Origin: Amphiscolops sp. MND2022 | Lineage: Eukaryota | Length of the DNA stretch: 64,000 bases | Reading direction: 5' to 3' | Assembly: GCA_964187785.1 (NCBI GenBank) | Contig: OZ076409.1 | Coordinates: 64,978,001 to 65,042,000 of the forward strand | Shown: positions 57,228 to 64,000 of the stretch, in pieces | How the letters are laid out: the number at the start of each line of letters is the position of its first letter | How positions within the stretch are numbered: the first letter of the stretch is position 1 | Translations under genes and position numbers: made by a program | Notes under the pieces: generated by a model | Seen by the model: the letters and a program-made list of their open reading frames with translations, nothing else | Told to the model about the DNA's origin: nothing | Databases searched by the model: none

Positions 57228-60200
57228 ATGCCGACTACTAGAACTGGCTCTCAATCAGACGAAGAGGGGTCCACCCACCTAATCGAATGTACTGGCAAGG
57301 GTCCCGACAAGGGAAAGGGATGCCAATCCTGGGTCCCCACATGGCTCCCGAAAAAGATCCACAAGGGTTTCATGGACCGCCTCTTCCTATGTGGCTTCTG
57401 TGCAGCAGCTGAGGTGGCCGACTTGCAGTCCAAACTTGCCAAAACTGCAGAAAAGCCTCAAATCAGCGGAGAGCTGTCCAGTCTTTTCAATACCAATTCA
57501 AACCAGCAATATGGAAGGCGGGACAATGTCCGCATATTTGGGGTGGAGGAGGCATCAAATGAGGACGTGTCTCAGGCTGTGATCGATGTGGCAGAAAAGG
57601 CGGGATGTCAGGTATCCAGAGCGGACATCAGCATCTGCCATAGGGTTCCCAGCAGAAATGTGAAGCCTGGCCAAGGGCACCCTATCATTGCAAAATTTGT
57701 GAGGAGACAGACCAAAATCGGGCTGATGACCAACAAAAAAAGCTCAAGGATAGTGAAACTAAAATTTATATCAACGATGATCTCACGCTACTACGATCAA
57801 GGTTGGCTAAGGCATTGAGGCAAAGACAAGATGTAACTTCTGTTAAAATGATTAACGAAAAAATTGTGGTGTATCAACAAAATGATACAAAAACTGTCTT
57901 TGATAGCCTCTTCAAATTATATGAATGGGATCCTGATTTTGTCTACTCTGTATGCAAAAGTAGTCTACATTTTTGTTAGGGGGCCCTCTAGCTTACAAAT
58001 TGAAACGTAAAAAATCAAAGCCTAAACATAAAAACAACTTAAAAGAACAAAGTGTTGAGAACGAATGGATTTTTCATTTGAACATAAGGTCTATCGACTA
58101 CAATTTTGAAGAACTAGAAACGCATATAGATACCTTTCGTGAAAACAAACTGTCTATTATTTGCTTGTCCGAAACATGGATGACTGAATCTCCAGACAAA
58201 AATGTCTACGCACTAGAATCCTATGCACCTATGGAATTTGATCCTGGTTCAACAAGAAAAGAAGGTGTTGCAATATATGTCCATGAATCGCTGGCATTTG
58301 AACTTTTGGAGCTTAACATACAGAAAGATTCTATTCCTGATCTAAACTATACTGGAGTCAATTGTACCGCTAGGAATAAGGGAAAATTTACCGTTGTATG
58401 CTTAGACAATTCGCCTTCCGTAAATAAACAGGATTTCTTGGATCAGTTTGAGTTACTTCTTGAGTCTCTTAGTCAAATTAAAAACTACTATCTAATAGAC
58501 GACATTAATATTGACCTCTTGGAATGCAACCCTGTTGCAGATAGGTATCTGAAATTGATGGAAATTCATGGTTGCTCCCAAGGAATCGAAGAACCAACCC
58601 GTGTAACGCTTGACTCAGAATCGTAAATCGATCATATAATCCATAATGACTACCAAAGACCTCTGGAATTTGGAGTTATCAAGACGTATATTACCGACCA
58701 TTTTGCAACCTACGTTGATTTGAATATAAGTAAATCTAAATCCATTCGTTCTCAAAATTTTATTAAAGATAGACCGTTTCTCCGGGACGGTAATGCAACA
58801 AATCTCTATCTAAATTACTTAAAACATTGCCTGGAACTTGTAGACTTAGGACAGGACATCAATGCATCTACTGAATCGTTTGCCAATGCAATATCGGAAG
58901 CAGTAAATGCTTTTACAGTTGAAAAACAATCAGAACACCAAGATGCCATAAGACCTTGGCTCACAAAGGAAGTAAAGAAGGCCTTAATTCGAAGAAATTG
59001 TAGTTTCCACAGATACAAGCGCTGAAACCTATCAGAACAAGCTACGCTACACAAGAGCTAGAAATAATGTGCACCAGCAGCTTTGTAAAAGCAAGCGCGA
59101 ATACTACGATTCACGTCTGAATGGGCTTATCAATAATCCTAAATGTTTCTACAAAGAACTAAACAAAATCACTGGTAAAGCAACAAAAAATTCCAACTTT
59201 GTCATCAAGAATGATAAAAATGAATTGATTACGGATGATATTGATGTGGCCGAATGGTTCAATGAAAAATTTGTTTCCATCAATAAAACCTTAGTTGCTT
59301 CAATTGATAATGTCCCATTCACGACTCATGGTATAAAAACTAATGAAAACTCACTTTTTTTATCCAGCTGATGGCACTGAGATTTCGAGAATTATTAAAA
59401 ATTTTAAGCACCATAAATCACCTGGTCTAGATGGACTGACTGCAGAAATACTAAAAGTGAGTCACGATGTAATAGTTGAAAAATTAACTCATCTCGTGAA
59501 TGAATCGCTAAAAAGTGGAACATTTCCTCAGGTTTTGAAAGCTGCGAGAGTGGTACCGATATACAAATCCGGCAAAAAATCTATACGTGAAAATTACAGA
59601 CCCATATCTGTTCTATCAGTATTGAGCAAAATATTTGAACGTGTTGTGCATGAACGATTATATAATTTCATGGATAAAAATAAGCTATTATACCCAAGAC
59701 AATTTGGATTCAGGTCAAAACTGAGCCCCATCCACGCTCTTTCCGATATTACAGAAATGATTAGGGATAATTCTAACCTCGATGTTTCTTGTATTTTGCT
59801 TGATTTACAAAAAGCCTTCGATACAATAAACCATGAATTTCTATTGTATAAACTCGAAGCATACGGTGTCAGAGGGGTTTGCTTGGATTGGTTCACATCA
59901 TACCTAAGTAAACGAAGTCAATGTGTTTCAATAAACGGTAAAGTCTCAAACCCATTACTTATTGACTGCGGCGTTCCTCAAGGATCTATTCTTGGCCCAC
60001 TGCTCTTTATAATTTATGTAAAGGATTTCCCGAACTCGTGTAAAAACCTTATTCCGTTTCTCTTTGCGGATGATGCTAATTGCGTTTACGCGAGACCCAA
60101 AAATGAGACATCTACAGTACAAGATGAAGTTGAACACATTCCTGGATGGATGGCTATGAATAAACTTAGTCACAATATTCCTAAAACTGAATTGGTCCAT

Positions 60201-60990
60201 TTTTAAACTGCAAAGATGAAAGCATAGTATTGAAAAATACTTAAATAACATGTACTGAATACGTTAAATATCTGGGTATAATACTTGATAAAAATTTAAC
60301 TGATGGTTTCCACGTCAAACGAGTACTGAATAAATTAGCTAAACATGTATCCATTATTGACCGTCTAAGGCATTTCACCAGTAGTTCGGTAGTGACACGA
60401 TATCATAAAACATACATAAAACCAATTATCCAATACGGACTCTTGATATATGGGTGCACGAGGAAGAGTGTGTGATATATTTCTTGTTCAGAAAAAAAAC
60501 CTCCGTATTACATATTTTAAAAACAGACGATATCCATCGGATGAATTGTTCGAAAGAAGCGAAATTATGAATGTTTTTGATCTATACGTATTTGAACTAT
60601 TAAAATTCGCCGTGCGTTCTAGTAGAGAAAGTCAACTACATAATATCAAGAGCGTATTTATCCACAAAAATTCACTTGTTTTTACTCGGAGTGTTTCTTC
60701 CAATATGTTTTATGTACCTGAAGCACGAACGCAAGTTAGCCGACAATCACTAAAGTATCGTGGAACTGTCCTACTGAATCATCTACTAAAAACGAAGCTA
60801 TTACCTCGCAATTATGAATCTATCGGTGAAAATGAGACTAAAAGATTGATATTAAAAATCAAAAACAAAATAAGTAGCGAACGTCTGGCAGACATAGTTT
60901 TTTGTTGATGCCCTTGTGTTTGGAGGGTCCTCCCCCGTTTAGGAATAATAACCTTTGGAGGGTCCCCTCTGGTGCTATATTTTATGTAAA
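57228..60990 (+). mobile_element. Near-full-length LINE (CR1/L2/Crack group), ORF1 + APE-RT ORF2 with several stops and frameshifts
   Basis: ORF1 Cys-rich N-terminus and 'QQYGRRDNVRIFG...ICHRV...PIIAKF'; endonuclease 'HLNIRSI', 'CLSETW', 'PTRV', 'ITDH'; RT 'GVPQGSILGPLLF', 'LFADD'. Confidence 0.93.
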
Positions 60991-61305
60991 TTGACTGCAT
61001 TGTACTTAACTTCTGTACTGGTACTATTGTTCAATTTTTCAAACTTAGCATCAGAGAAAATTTAATTCTTTCTTTCTTTTTTTCTTAATATCTTCATGCA
61101 CTACTTTCAATAAGCAGCAAAGAAATGAATTCCACCTTCGCGGTGCCAATTTCGGCTTAATTTCCCATTGCCCTTTCAAAAGTTTTAGCTGCTAGTGTTT
61201 TCTTTTTATCGGTGTTCACATTTGCTATTTCTTAGAGGAATAAGTTCTCTCAGTACACTCAACTCCGCTTATAACGATTGTCCGGGGACCGGCGTTTTTT
61301 AATCG

Positions 61306-63945
61306 TTGTTTTTATCGACTGAAAATGAACTCAAGGATGATTCTTACCAAAAGCAAGTAAAAATTATTGGTATTCCGGAAAGAGATGGGACGTTTTTCTT
61401 ATCACGACAAATAGCCGAAAAGCAAAACATTGAAAACTTACTGAATGAAAATGGTATGGCGTCTACTGTCATTGACTGCTACAGGAGAGGAAAATTTGTC
61501 AAAGGAAAAACTCGACCGCTGATAGTTACATTCCCCTCTGTATGGGTTGTAAGAAAAACTGTGTCAAAGTCTATTGAACTGTCTTTTTGGAAATCGTAGC
61601 GAATATTGATTGTTATTATCTCCCCTAGACAAAGAGAAAGAAAAGGCTATTTTAAAACAGCGTTATGGTCTAATACAGTCTGGAGTTCCGTCGAACGAAC
61701 TTAAAATTCGGAAACTGAAATTGTTCCGAAATGACAAGGAAGTCTGACAACCAAATAGCAGTATCTGTTCGATTGAAACAACGTGTCTACTTCTTAATTG
61801 TCAATCCCTTCTATCATATGCGAAACCTACAGATATCCTTTCGTATGCTTTATCTGAAGATATTGATATTGTATTTTGTGTCGAAACATGGTTTGACAAC
61901 AACTTCTCTGACTCTATTTTCAATGACTCTTATATCGTCGCATCTGGATCCGATAGGTCCAACGGAATCCACGGTGGTATAGCTATCTTATCGAAGAGAA
62001 ACTTGCGTTATATTGTGAAAAAGTCGAAATGTGATTTTCTATGCACTGTTTATACATCTGGTGTTCTTTTCATTCTGATTTATAATCCACCATTATCTAG
62101 CCGGTATCGGGTTTCGGCCTCAAATATACTACATCTTATTGATCTCTCGATCGATGATTACTCTATCAAAAACGACGAAAGAGTTGTGATACTGGGTGAT
62201 TTCAACTTCCCCGACTTTCGACGTGAACTCACAAATATCGGTCCATCCCATGAATACAGTCATTTTTCTGAATTCCTATTTCAGCATGGTTACAATCAGT
62301 TCATCGATAAACCCACTCATTCTCATGGAAAAATACTGGATCTGGTTTTCTCAAATTTTGACGTTAATGTTCGAGACGTTGACTCAGAAGCTAACTTATC
62401 AGATCGTTTCCCCATCACCTTCTCATTTCTAAATGATGTAACAAAATGTTGAAAGAATCAGTTTAGACGATAAAAACAGCATCTCAAGCTGTCAATTCCC
62501 CAAACTGTGCGAATCTATTGATTCTTCACTGTTTTCCTTCAGGCTCTCACAAGATCCTGTGACATATATTTCAAATTGGTTTGATTTTCACTCACTGTTA
62601 TTTCAATCACTGCCGAAGAAACGACGCAAACGTTGTCATTTGCCAACATACTTCTCTTCTCATTCCGTCCATATTTATAATAAGCTGAAAAGTGCTAAAC
62701 GAGCCAACCCTGTAAACAATGCCAAACTTAAACAGCTGAGCAGTGATCTTCATGATTCGATCGAGCTTGATAAAATGTTTCATCGAAGATTTTGTTGACA
62801 CTCAAACATCGTCAACTTCTTGTTATAAATTGATCAATATCATCAAGAATGAAACACCTTTGCCTGATGTTATGGTGAACAGAAAGTTAACGACCTTGAA
62901 AAAGCGACAGCCTTTAATAAATATTCCTCCTCATTCTATTCCGATTTCCCGGATATATTTACTGATTTCTCTGATGGAATTCATAACTCACTTGACTGTT
63001 CGTTATCTGACTGCGAAAAAGTTTTACGGCTTTCCAAACAAGGCTGCGGCCCAGATGGCATATCAGGTACTGTGTATGCCAATACAGCTATACCGCTTTC
63101 TGTCCATTTCCTTCAACTTGCTAAATGTGCAACTGAACCTGGTATATATCCTTCTGACTGGAAACACTCTTATGTGAAACCTCTATTCAAAACTGGAAAA
63201 CGTAGCTCCATTGAAAGCTACAGGCCATTTTCTTCTCTTGACAAACTATCAATGTGTTTTGAAAGACATCTTTTCCCCAAACTGTATGATATCATAAATC
63301 CCAAACTCTCAGACCACCAATTCGGATTTAGGAGAAAGAAATCTACAACACTGCTGTTAATAGCCTATTTAGAAACTGTTTACTCGTCAATAGACACCGG
63401 TCAAAATGTATACTCGCTTTACATCGATTTTTCAAAAGCTTTTGATAAAGTTCCCCACCACTTGTTACTGGAAAAACTTCAGAAAACATTTGGCATAGGT
63501 GGAACGCTCCTCAAGCTGATACATTCATACCTGCATAAACGCACGCAGCAAGTTATTTTGAACAATGTTTTATCACCAGTTTCTAATGTTACCAGCGGTA
63601 TCCCACAATGATCGATTTTAGGGCCTTTACTCTTTCTAGCTTTCATTGATGATATTGCAGACTTATCGGATTACAATATGCTTCTATATGCTGATGACAC
63701 GAAGATCTATTCAGATAGTTTAATCAAGCTTCAAAACGCGAGTATGTGCCTACACACTCGGTCAGCAGAAAATCATCTTCCCTTTAATGCTGATAAAACC
63801 CAACTCCTCTGTTTTTCAAATCGGAAGAAAACCTATTTTGATCCTGTACTTATCTTTGAGCATAAAGATGTTTGCTTCAGCCCTGATGCAGTAAAAGATC
63901 TTGGAGTATATTTTTCGTCAAACCTTACCTGGTCCGACCATATTG
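61306..63945 (+). pseudogene. Second decayed LINE (CR1/L2 group), different family
   Basis: ORF1 'VKIIGIPE...RPLIVTF'; endonuclease 'LGDFNFP', 'LDLVF'; RT 'YIDFSKAFDKVPH', 'SGIPQ*SILGP', 'LYADD'. Confidence 0.9.
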
Positions 63946-64000
63946 CGGGGGAACGGAATAAGACCTAAGGAATAAGACCTAAATCGAAAACGGGAATAAG

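Noticed and set aside
63946..64000. GGAATAAGACCTAA repeats at the window end
   Set aside because: Probably the start of another TIR element, but it is cut by the window edge and cannot be classified.

Overview
AT-rich eukaryotic (probably invertebrate animal) DNA dominated by transposable elements. The only host gene I can support is a minus-strand, multi-exon SLC16/monocarboxylate-transporter-like MFS gene (five exons seen between 36857 and 889). One of its introns holds a very young, apparently intact 16.1 kb Ty3/Gypsy LTR retrotransposon (1469..17592, GCTAC target duplication, near-identical ~1.78 kb LTRs). The element has an unusual build. Gag starts ~195 codons inside the LTR and runs through the primer-binding site, and pol is reached by an AAAAAAC -1 frameshift. 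Between pol and the 3' LTR it carries (i) an antisense, intron-containing ~1270 aa gene that resembles a catalytically decayed hAT transposase and (ii) a divergent extra ORF that reads into the 3' LTR across the place where a polypurine tract should be. The rest of the window holds decayed LINEs, a decayed BEL/Pao element with an SGNH-hydrolase-like remnant, Gypsy relics, DINE/Helentron-like repeats, several MITEs and a 402 bp spacerless palindrome. All family assignments come from motif recognition by eye, not from database searches.
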